Shown here piece after piece: positions 41,075 through 59,345 of a stretch of 64,000 nucleotides of DNA. The notes below the pieces were generated by a model, which ran no database searches, had not been told where the DNA came from, and was given only the letters and a program-made list of their open reading frames with translations. This DNA comes from the human T2T-CHM13v2.0 reference genome, Homo sapiens: NCBI RefSeq assembly GCF_009914755.1, contig NC_060947.1; one strand, given 5' to 3'. The position numbers and the translations under genes were made by a program. Within the stretch, counting starts at the first letter, position 1; each line of letters opens with the position of its first letter.

Positions 41075-41466
41075 CTGTGTGCCCTGTTCCTTACTGGCTC
41101 ACCACTGTGGAAGTCTTGTCTCCTGCCATGAGACCTGGGGCTTTCTCTTTGCCCTTCAAATGGCCCAGTGGGTCCCTGAACTACCAGACGAGGCAGCCCA
41201 CACAGACGCCACATGGGCATCTTGAGGCTCTTCCTAAGAATTCCTTCATTATTTTGTGATGCTTTAATGGGAAATAGACATGAATATGGTCAAAGAGTCA
41301 AAGTGATTTGGAAGTTGTTTAGCAATGAAGACAAGAAACTTCAGTCCGCCTTAGTAGCAAGATCAACTAGTTTTGCTTTTCCTGTTTCCCATGAATTGAG
41401 TCAAAGCCCGGAAGGGCAGCTTTTCAGAAGAGTTCAGCATGGAGAACAAATACAAAAGGATATCTA

Positions 41467-41716
41467 GGCCGGGCCATGAGGTCAGGAGTTCGAGACCAGC
41501 CTGGCCAACATGGTGAAACCCCATCTCTACTAAAAATGCAAAATTAGCCAGGCGTGGTGGCGGGCGCCTGTAATCCCAGCTACTCAGAAGGCTGAGGCAG
41601 GAGAATCACTTGAGCCAGACAGTCAGAGGTTGCAGTGAGCCGAGATCGCACCACCGCACTCCAACTTTGGTGACAGAGCAAGACTCTGCCTCAGAAAAAA
41701 AAAAAAAAAAAAAAAA
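41467..41716 (+). mobile_element. AluS with 5' internal deletion
   Basis: ggccgggc joined directly to catgaggtcagg; TSD gatatcta. Confidence 0.9.
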
Positions 41717-42102
41717 GATATCTAGTTTAACGTGCAGAACGGGATACTCATTACTTACTTAAATAATCACCTAAATTGGAACCTTTCCATCGTAATGGAT
41801 TGCTCCAGCATTTAGCCTAGCAGAATCCCAGTAAAACGTTCCAGCTATTTCTGCATCCTGTCTCTGACTCCCCAAGACGGTAGCCCAGCTATTCACAGTC
41901 AGGTCCATTTTCTTCATGAGGTTAAAATCCAACAGACCGTTGGTCACACGGCGGTTGGAGGCTTGCTGGGCTGGGTCTAACGGCATCTTGGAAGATAAGA
42001 GCTGGAGGAATGGTAATATGTTCCTCCAGGTTCTCACGAGCTGTCTTGCTTTTTATTTTTCCTTTTCCTGGTAAATGTGCATACGAGAAATGGAAACCGT
42101 AG

Positions 42103-43458
<1,356 letters not shown>

Positions 43459-43783
43459 GTTGATAATTTGCTTCACATCAGGGGACTGAATACACTTTGC
43501 TTGGTGCATTTTTCCTTCCATTTTTCAGTGCAAGATGACGAGAATGTTGCAACACTAATGTAACAATGTCAGGTGCATGTTTTCTGCTTTCATTTCATGT
43601 TTAAATTACATGCTCCCGATCTTCCTGAAAAGGACTCTTACAAAGTTTACCCATTGAACACACGGTTTCAAATTTCTCTTCTTCCTTTTCCACCCTCCCA
43701 CCTTTCCTAAGTAAAACTGACTACGGATTACAAGGAAAGAAGAGAAATAGAAAGAAAAAGACATGGCCTCAAAACCTAGATTA

Positions 43784-43943
43784 AGGCTGGGCACGGTGGT
43801 TTACACCTGTAATCCCAGCACTTTGGGAGGCTGAGGCTGGAGGATCACCTGGACTCTGGGAGGCTGAGACGGCAGTGAGCTGTGATCGCACCATTGCAGT
43901 CCAGCCTGGACCACAGAGTGAGAACCTGTCTCAACAACAACAA
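43784..43943 (+). mobile_element. Monomeric Alu (FAM/FRAM-like)
   Basis: Single arm with both Alu termini. Confidence 0.8.
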
Positions 43944-44177
43944 GTGAGGAAGCTGGGTCTCAACCCATGTCAGTGGTAGGGCACAGAGCTTTTATGAGAA
44001 ATCTGCAAACTGTCAAATGCACCTGCCATGATGTGTGTGTGTGTGTGTGTGGGGCACACATTTTCCAAACGTGAAAATTCTGTTGAGATTAATGAAGTGA
44101 AAATGTACTGCAGATATATTACCGAATGTAGTAGTTTTAGTCATTAATAATTAGCTTAATGTGGCCAGGGGCGGTCC

Positions 44178-44842
44178 AGAGTCTGGCTCTGTCACCCAGA
44201 CTGAGATTGCAGTGGTGCAATCTCAGCTCACTGCAACCTCTGTGTCTGGGTTCAAGCGATTCTCCTGCCTCAGCCTCTCGAGTAGCTGGGATTACAGGCA
44301 CGCACCCTGACAGCCAGCTAATTTTTGTATTTTTAGTAGAGATGAGGTTTTACCATGTTGGCCAGGCTAGTCTCGAACTCCTGACCTCATGATCCGCCCA
44401 TCTTAACCTCCCAAAGTGCAGGGATTACAGGTGTGAGCCACTGAATCTGGCCAAAACCTCTTTTCTTTTCCTTTTTCCTTTTTTTTTTTTTTTGAGACAG
44501 AGTTTCGCTCTTGTTGCCCAGGCTGGAGTGAAATGGCATGATCTCGCTCACTGTAACCTCTGCTTCCCAGGTTCAAGTGATTCTCCAGCCTCAGCCTCCC
44601 GAGTAGCTGAGGTTACCAGCATGTATCACCACACCTGGCTAATTTTGTATTTTTAGTAGAGATGAGGTTTCACCATGTTGATCAGGCTGGTCTTGAACTC
44701 CTGACCTGATGATGTGCCTGCCTCAGTCTCCCAAAGTGTTGAGATTATAGGCGTGAGCCACTGCACCTGGCCCAAACCTCTTTTCTTTGTAAATTCCGAG
44801 TCTCAGGTAGTTCTTTACAGCAGTGCAAGAATGGACCAATAC
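44178..44842 (-). mobile_element. Two AluS (44178-44452, 44461-44772) plus an MST/THE1 LTR 3' end (44773-44842, +)
   Basis: TSD aaacctcttttcttt; gtctcaggtagttctttacagcag...aataca. Confidence 0.88.
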
Positions 44843-45290
44843 ACTTCCCCATTATCTGCAGGATAAATTCAGTTTCCTGGTTCAGGGTCCAATCTGATAT
44901 GCTTCAACTTCTATTTCAAATATATCTTCCTGTGATCAGCCAAATGGATCTTGTGATCACTGTGTGCCTCATTGTGACTTCACGTCCAGAAGCTTGAAAT
45001 ATTCTTCCTCCACCTGTCCACCTTCTTGCATTCCGCCTGTCCTTAGAGACACAGTCAAAGGCAATCTTGCATCAAGACCCACTGGTCTATGATGCTCTCT
45101 TGCCAGCTCATTGCACGATGAGAAGCAGTCCTGCTATAGGAAGAATCCAGAGACCTCCCATCAAACACCGGTCTTCACTCACTAGCTGGCTGAATGAGTC
45201 AGGGTTAAAGCTCACAGCGATACCCAGGAGATCCAGAAATACAGTGAGTGGCCCAGTCAAGATGAAAGTTTACTTTCCATCCATGCTCCA

Positions 45291-46300
45291 TCCAATGAGG
45301 TGGGCTCTGTCAAGCCTGAAAAATTTTTTCTCTGGTCCTTTACACAAATATTTTGCGAGTTCCCGACCTCCAGTATCTAAAACGTTCCCAAAGTTACCTT
45401 TTCAGTTAAACATAACACCAAAAGGTTCATATTATACCCTGTGTACTGTGTTGAATTTTTAAACACTAACAAGAAAAAACTGGCCAGGCGCAGTGGCTCA
45501 TGCCTGTAATTCCAGCAATTTGGGAAGCAGAGGTGGGAGAATTGCTTGCGTTCAGCAGTTTGAGACCAGCCTGGGCAACATAGTGAGACTCTGCCTCTAA
45601 GAAAAGTAAAAAATTAGCTGGGCATACTGGCCCACACCTGTAATTTTAGCTACGGGGGCTGGAGGATGGCTTGAGCCCAGGAGATGGAGGTTGCAGTGGG
45701 CTATGATGGTGCGACTGCACTCCAGCCTGGGCAACAGAGTGTGATCCCATCCCTCAATAAAGAAAGAAAATAATGTTTTTATCAATAGTTAAATCTTTGC
45801 CTCCAAAAAGTTAAGCATTTTGGTGATTGTATTGGAAAAAGAAAATGCTGAGAAGTTCAACTTTGTTAATATACTAAGCACTGATTTAATGTTAATTATG
45901 GAAATGGCATCAGAAATGATTACTGTTTACAAAAACAAAATCAGGTGATGTATATAACCGTCCAATTAGGTGGGCTCTGTAAAGCCTGAAATATTTTCTA
46001 TCTTGTTCTTTATACAAATATTTTGTGAGTTCATGACCTCCAGCATCTAAAATGGTCCAAAAGTTACCTTTTAAGTTAAACATAAAACCAAAAGTTTCAT
46101 ATTATACCCTCTGTACTCTGTTGAATGTTTAAAGACTAACAAGAAAACACCGGCCAGGCACAGTGGCTCATGCCTGTAATTCCAGCAATTTGAGAAGCCG
46201 AGGGAGCCGAGATTAATATGCTAAGCACTGATTTAATGTTTATAATTACAGAAATGGCACCAGGATTACTGTTTACAAAAAAAAAAAAACAGGTGATACG
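45291..46300. repeat. ~670-bp tandem duplication containing AluJ (45482-45770); second copy internally deleted
   Basis: tccaat.aggtgggctctgt at 45291 and 45961; ctaagcactgatttaatgtt at 45874 and 46221. Confidence 0.9.
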
Positions 46301-46495
46301 TGAGGTCTGTCAACCGTGGTTGTGTGTGACCGTGTGCCAATAACTCAGTTATTCCCATTTTCTCATCTGTAAAATGGGTAAAATTAAACTTTCCTCATAA
46401 AATGTTCACGGGTATCAAGTAAAATCATATGTGTAAGTATCTAGCAAAATTTAAGGCCAATAACAAGCCATTGATAAATGGCAGCTCTTTTTTAA

Positions 46496-46945
<450 letters not shown>

Positions 46946-47149
46946 CCTGAAAACATAATTTTGTTTTCAAGTGTTGGGGCTCAGGTTTGTCCATCGTCAC
47001 AAAAACGTTGTCCATAAAATGTAACAATACCACAACACCGGAAAAATGCTTCCACAAGTGGCTGAGGCAGTAATGAAAGTAATTACACCTGTCACTTCTT
47101 TTTCTTGTTGCTGTTATTGTTGTCTAAAGTTTAGCTTGCTTCATTCTTT

Positions 47150-47820
<671 letters not shown>

Positions 47821-47967
47821 GCATGCCTGTAATTCCCAAGCATGTAGAAATATTACAACACGATCCAGCGGCATAAAATGTGGTTTGAACCCACCCCCAT
47901 CCTTTGGTTTTTCTCTTTCCTCCCTTCCCTTAACCTCCTACTTTTAGTTTTTAGCGTGCCTCCTTCT

Positions 47968-48278
47968 GTTTCTTTTTTATTTTTTTTTTATTGAGACAGA
48001 GTCTTGCTCTGTCGCCCAGGCTGCAGTGCAGTGGTGCAATCTCGGCTCACTGCAAGCTCCGCCTCCCGGGTTCACACCATTCTCCTGCCTCAGCCTCTCC
48101 GAGTAGCTGGGACCACAGGTGCCCCCAACCGCGCCGGGTTTTTTTTTTTTGTTTTTTTTTTTTTTGTATTTTTAGTAGAGACGGGGTTTCACCGTGGTCT
48201 CGATCTCCTGACCTCGTGATCCGCCCGCCTCGGCCTCCCAAAGTGCTGGGATTACAAGCGTGAGCCACCGCGCCCGGC
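47968..48278 (-). mobile_element. AluYd-like
   Basis: Y diagnostics plus 12-bp deletion (accgtggtctcgatc); TSD ctgtttctt. Confidence 0.85.
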
Positions 48279-48574
48279 CTGTTTCTTGTATGCTAAGGTT
48301 TGCATTACAGCTGGGAAAGTGGAGAAGAGACAATGTTTCTCCTCCAACCGAGTAAACAAAATTACGGGGATTAGAATGTGCCTGCTAAGAGCTCAGTAAA
48401 CGTCATCTAGTGGTTACTAAGTGACCAAACAGGAAGCTGGGTGTTCATGCAGTCATGCCTGGATTCACTCACACTGCAGCCGCTGGTAGGGACAGACACA
48501 GCAGGGTTGGGACAGATTTGGTGGAAGAAATCATAAGCTAAAGAGAAACCCTGGCGTGCAAAACAATCCTTCCT

Positions 48575-50275
<1,701 letters not shown>

Positions 50276-50582
50276 GAGACACCCTGAGGCACAGTGAGAT
50301 GTCTGTAACATAATACAAATTGGGTGGTTACATTTGGCCTCTTGAAATTCAACAAAACCACAATACAATCCAGCATCTTTGGTCCAAAGCAGCTCCTGCC
50401 TCCTGACTTCTGCTCCAGTGGTGCGTCTGTTTTCCTAGAGTGTCGTCTGGGGCAACAACGCTTCTTTGAACTTTGCAAAAAGGCTTGGGATGTGTTGACC
50501 CAAGTCCAGCTCTGTGATCTCAAATAACTTAGCCAGTCTCTTTTGTTGCTTCTGTCTCACTAAAGAGAATAGGTTCCACTAG

Positions 50583-50954
<372 letters not shown>

Positions 50955-51403
50955 TAGGGGTATTTGTTGTTACCCCAGCACAGAATGGAAAACTGGTGCA
51001 TGGGGTGGTTTAATAACCTGTGCAGGGTCAGGCAGGTGGAAAATAGCAGGTATGATTCAACCTGGTTTCTCTCTCTAGGTGGTCCTGTCGACCGTCGCTT
51101 GACCTGGCTGATTCCGAAGCTGCCTTCTGGCGCAGACATCCTACACTGCTGGATTCCTCCTCCATCTTTTGCTCCTCAGTTATCCGATGTGGAGGGAATC
51201 CCTCCCTCTCAAGTCATTGCCACCTTCTGTCCACGTTACCAAATGAGGTCACTGGTCCTCATCTGTGGGTTCCTTCATGCAGCGTTGCACGCCTCCACAA
51301 GCACGTTGCCGTTTCGAGAACTCTGGCTAGTGATGTCACATCGTTGATGAGAGGCCACGTGGTCCTTCAGGTGGAAGCTGTGAATGAACATCCTCCCAGC
51401 CTG

Positions 51404-52070
51404 GATGTGGAGAAACAGGAACGCTTTTACACTGTTGGTGGGAGTGTTAACTAGCTCAACCATTGTGGAAGACAGTGTGGCGATTCCTCAAGGACGTTGA
51501 ACCAGAAAGACCATTTGACCCATCAATCCCATTACTGGGTATATACCCAAAGGATTATAAATCATGCTGCTATAAAGACACATGCACACGTATGTTTATT
51601 GTGGCACTGTTCACAATAGCAAAGACTTTGGAACCAACCCAAATGCCCATCAATGGTAGACTGGATAAAGAAAATGTGGCACATACACAGCATGGAATTC
51701 TATGCAGCCATAAAAAAGGATGAGTTCATGTCCTTTGCAGGGACATGGATGAAGGTGGAAACCATCCTTCTCCAGAAACCAACACAGGAAGAGAAAACCA
51801 AACACTGCATGTTCTCACTTATAAGTGGGAGTTGAACAATGAGAACACATGGACACAGGGAGGGGAACATCACACACTAGGGCCTGCCGGGGAGGTGGGA
51901 GGCTAGGGGAGGGAGAGCATTAGGACAAATACCTAATGTAGATGATGGGTTGATGGGTGCAGCAAACCACCATGGCACGTGCATACCTACGTAACAAACC
52001 TGCACGTTCTGCACACGTACCCCAGAACTTAAAGTAGAATTAAAAGAAAAAAAAAAGAAAACAAGAAAAG
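51404..52070 (+). mobile_element. 5'-truncated L1PA7/8-like element
   Basis: ORF2 C-terminal cysteine region (LLGIYPKDYKSCCYKDTCTRMF) plus 3' UTR and A tail; degenerate TSD aacatcctcccagcctg/aaaatcatcccaacctg. Confidence 0.92.
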
Positions 52071-52212
52071 AAAATCATCCCAACCTGATACGGTATCAGG
52101 TTGCGCTGGTCATTTTATCATGTATCTCACTGGGATCTGAACTCATGCCAAGCTGGCTACAAGCCCCTCTGTGTGTAAGACACTCCCTGCAGCTTCAGGG
52201 AGGTCAGAAGCT

Positions 52213-52213
<1 letters not shown>

Positions 52214-52266
<53 letters not shown>
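52214..52266. repeat. (CA)n microsatellite
   Basis: Uninterrupted CA run. Confidence 0.97.
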
Positions 52267-52269
<3 letters not shown>

Positions 52270-52374
52270 GTATAGCTCCATCATCAAATGCCTGGAGGCT
52301 CCAGAAATGCGTGATGCCCCCAGGGTGGTCGAAAGACTCAGCCACGGGGCTCCAATTTCTGTTCCCTCCCCTAA

Positions 52375-53156
<782 letters not shown>

Positions 53157-53699
53157 CCTTCCCTCCTTTTTATCTGGTCTCTCTACTCTCAGCCGCACCC
53201 CAACAGTTTGCCTTTCCTTCCTCACTGTTCATGCCTCGTGTTACCCTCAATTCCCAGATGCTTAGATGCCCTGTCCAAACTGGGCAATGTCAGTCCGCTG
53301 CTCCAGCACCTCCGCCTCCTCCGGCTCCTGGAATGAAATTCAGCCCAAGGCCCTGACATGCAGGGGTGACTCTTGGATTCGGCCACAGTGCCCTCCCTCG
53401 CTCCTGGAATCGCTACGTCAGTTCTTGCCTCGGGGTCTTTGTGTGTGCTGTTCCCTCTGATTGGAATACTCTCCTCTCACTACCCCCATATCCGTGTGGC
53501 CCTCACCTTCTCATCAAGAGGGTCTTTGGCTTCAGGGTCAACCCTTCCCTCACCTTCTCTCACCACTCTCTAGAAGCTTCTCTCCGGTACCTTCCTTCAG
53601 CTTTCTTCTTGGCTCTCAACATTCTCTGGCTATATTCATGTCTGCGAGTATGCCTACGTCTAATTCCACATCCACACTCACATCTACCTGCATTTACAC

Positions 53700-55470
<1,771 letters not shown>

Positions 55471-55694
55471 ATTTCCTTTCCCATTGCCTCCCTCCCTTTT
55501 AATCCTGGCTCCATTTCAGGTGAAAAACCAGTATCTGGCTCATAGTTGACAATATTTGTGGGAAGAATAAATTCATCATTAAGTACATTCATTGATCTTC
55601 TCAATTAATTCTTAGTATTTCTCATGAGAAAACAGGAGACATGAGGTTTGGAGAAGGAGAATTTAATGGGAAGCAGAGGCTGTAAGTAGGGTGA

Positions 55695-56075
<381 letters not shown>

Positions 56076-56582
56076 AAGTACAGTAATTTTTATCCAACTG
56101 CATTCCTCTGTCTGAATAAGGAGCCGAGATCCTGCCTTTTTCTTTTCTTTGAGTTCTTACTGTCTTTATGTAGCAGATTGTCTCCAGATCGCCTCCAGCA
56201 AAGAAAAGGAGGAAGTTGGAAAATAAAAAAATAAGAGCTTAGTGGTGTCTCTGCATGATTCCCTCACAGTGTTTTGTCCTGAAGCTTCTCAGAACCCGCT
56301 GTTCACCACAGGACGTCTTGGTGAAACAGTCTCTGTATTATCTGCCTTATCTGTTAGGCAAATGCCAAATTCTTCCCTCTCTAGGACGACCAAGTTGTGC
56401 TCTGCTCTTAAACTGAGGAACGTCTGGAATTCAGGGGTCAGCCCAAGTCACACCCAGGAGTAAAAGAAACTGAACATTCTCTACATGCAAGCCTCCATTC
56501 CCAAAATGCCCTCCTTTAAGCTCACGTTGCCTAAAAAATGAAGACGTGTGGGATTAACACAGCCAAGTGAAGCTCTTTCACA

Positions 56583-56935
56583 GAGGTAGCATGGGCTTGC
56601 ATTATGTATTATGTACCTATTGCATAGACGTAGCATGGACCTGCTTTATGTATTATGTGTCTCTTGCATAGACGTAGCATGGACCTGCTTTACGTATTAT
56701 GTGTCTCTTGCATAGACGTAGCATGGACCTGCTTTACGTATTATGTGTCTCTTGCATAGACGTAGCATGCACTTCCATTATGTATTCCATTATGTATTCT
56801 GTGTCTATTGCACAGATGTAGCATGGACCTGCATTATGTATTACATATTACATATTATGTACCTATTGCATAGACGTAGCATGGACTTGCATTATGTATT
56901 ATGTATCTATTGCATAGACGTAGCATGGACCTGCA
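56583..56935. repeat. 44-bp minisatellite, about 7.5 copies
   Basis: Unit gacgtagcatggacctgctttatgtattatgtgtctcttgcata; starts at 56583, 56627, 56671, 56715, 56759, 56815, 56873, 56917. Confidence 0.95.
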
Positions 56936-57333
56936 GCTCTATGCTTCACGGAAGGCATCACGGTGGCAGCCTCCTTCTCAATACTGGGGTGCTGGACGTC
57001 CCCAGATCCTCTGGGATCATTTCCTGTATCTATGTGCATGACCGTGCCTCATCCCTGAATGCTGCCCGATGCTGCGGCTTTGCTGTCTCTGCGATGATTC
57101 ACACTGACAGATTTAAATCCCTAGGAGCGGTACCTCCCGTCCTGGAGGTGGGAAGGACAGACTCAGTGCCTGCTGGAACGTGACCAGAATGCATGCAGAT
57201 CTCTGCTTTGCACCTGATGCAGAGCTAGGGGTCAGCACCACGGTGTAGACAGGTGTGTGTGTGTGTCTGGTATGTTATGGTCAGGGGAGTCGTTCTGATA
57301 TTTTTTACATGCAAAGAATACCTCGTTCTATAG

Positions 57334-57547
57334 CAGTGATTCTCATCTGGGAGTGGTTCTGTTCCCTAACCGCCACCCCCCCTCCCCCAACGCCGCGACA
57401 CTTGGCAATATCTAGGGACATTTTTGGTGGTCATAACAAGCTAGGGATGCTATGGGCATCTAGTGGGTGGAGACCAGGGATGCTGTACAGCACAGCCTCT
57501 TAATTATCCATCCCACATGGCAATGGTGTTGAGGTCAAGAAACTCTG
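57334..57547 (+). mobile_element. MER20 (hAT-Charlie) copy 1
   Basis: cagtgattctca...ttggcaatatctagggacatttttggtggtcataac...gaaactctg. Confidence 0.85.
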
Positions 57548-57599
57548 GTTTAGCATGAGAGGCTCTGTCTGTTTATGTCTCATCTGGCCATCAGCTAGC

Positions 57600-58401
57600 A
57601 TCCATCTGTATCTACCTATCAATTTTCTTTGTCTATCTATTATCTATCTATCGATCTATCACTATCATCTATCTAACCATCATCATCTGTTATCACCATC
57701 ACGTGTCTAACTATATCATCACCATCATCTATCTATCCATCTATCACCTACCTATGCATCCATCCACCCACCTATCATCTATCCATCCATCCATCCATCT
57801 ACCCATCCACCTATCATGTATCTATCCATCCATCCACCTATCATGTATCTATCCATCCACCTATCCATCTAATCTATCCATCCATCTACCCATCCACCTA
57901 TCCATCCACCCACCATGTATCTATCCATCCACCTATCATGTATCTATCCATCCACCTATCCATCTAATCTATCCATCCATCTACCCATCCACCTATCTAT
58001 CCATCCACCCACCATGTATCTATCTATCCACCTATCCATCCATCCATCCATCTACCCATCCACCTATCTATCCATCCACCCACCTGTCATATGTCTATCC
58101 ATTCATCTATCCATCCATCCATCCATCCACCCATCCACCTATCTATCCATCCACCCACCTATCATGTATCTATCCATCCATCCACCCATTATCTATCCAT
58201 CCATCTACCCGTCCACCTATCATCCATCCACCCACCTATCATGTATCTATCCATCCATCCACCTATTATCTATCCATCCATCTACCCGTCCACCTATCAT
58301 CCATCCACCCACCTGTTTCTATCTATCCAGCCATCTATCTATCCATCCATCCATCTACCCATCTATCTATCTATCCATCTATCCATCCATCTACCCATCT
58401 T

Positions 58402-58443
<42 letters not shown>

Positions 58444-58485
58444 CATCCATCCATCCATCCATCCATCTGCTCATCTATCTATCTG
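57600..58485. repeat. (ATCC/ATCT)n tract with internal block duplications
   Basis: Read directly. Confidence 0.95.
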
Positions 58486-58488
58486 TGG

Positions 58489-58702
58489 CAGTTGTTTGCA
58501 ACCATGGAAAATTCTGCCCTTGAGGACATACTGCCTAACATCTGAGGGCATCTTTGGTTGTCACCACCTGATGGAGGAGATCCTGGCCTCTGGTGTGTAG
58601 ATCCCAGGTACGCTGCTCAACACCTTACAGTGCCCAGGATGGCCCCACCACAGACAGTCCTCCAGTCTGAAATGTCAGCGGTGCTGAAGTTGAGAAACCC
58701 TG
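58489..58702 (+). mobile_element. MER20 copy 2
   Basis: Ends gtgctgaagttgagaaaccctg. Confidence 0.85.
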
Positions 58703-58974
58703 ACATCAAGGTAATGGCTGGGCATAAGAGATTCTATCTGTCTATTTAACTATCAATCATCTATCAATCTATCAATCATCTGTCCTTCTTTCAATCTATC
58801 ATATCCTATGTAGCTATCTATCCTGTTTATTATCTATCTGTGTCTCTATCATCTATCCAGCATCTATTTATCTATCATTTAGCATCTCTGTATCTCTTTA
58901 TCAATAATCTTTATCTATCTGTGTATCATCTATCTATATCTATCCAGCTATCACTATCATTTATCTGTCGATGA

Positions 58975-59192
58975 CAGTGGTTTTCAATTCGGGGTGATTT
59001 TTCTCCCCTGGGGTCACTGTGTTATATCTGAGGACAGCTTTGGTTATCACAACTGTGGGGGTGCTCCTGGTATCTGGTGGGTGGAGCCCAGGGGCGCTGC
59101 TCAACACGCTACGGTGAACAGGACAGCCCCGCCCCGCCCCAGGAGAATCCTCCAGCTCACACATGCCAGCAGTGCTGAGGCTGAGAAACGTT
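58975..59192 (+). mobile_element. MER20 copy 3
   Basis: cagtggttttcaattcggggtgattt...agtgctgaggctgagaaac. Confidence 0.85.
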
Positions 59193-59345
59193 TCAGAAAA
59201 TGAAAGCATCTTAAGAGACTCAATGTTTGATGCAAAAACAGCAAACTTGGTGATACCCCTCCTGAAAGTGGAAGTTTCAGCACAAAACTGTTATCGAATC
59301 AGCCTCTGTGTCTCAAAGGCTCAACTTACAATCCCCATGACCTTG

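Noticed and set aside
41771-42037. 88-aa ORF in unique sequence, and a possible plus-strand exon near 41899-42012
   Set aside because: No recognisable protein family, non-ATG start, weak splice signals and no partner exons.
51060-51400. Acceptor-like ttctctctctag at about 51078 followed by CpG-retaining sequence
   Set aside because: No convincing donor, reading frame or homology; cannot be supported without transcript data.
51463-51723. L1 ORF2 C-terminal peptide as a gene
   Set aside because: Part of a 5'-truncated, frameshifted L1 copy.
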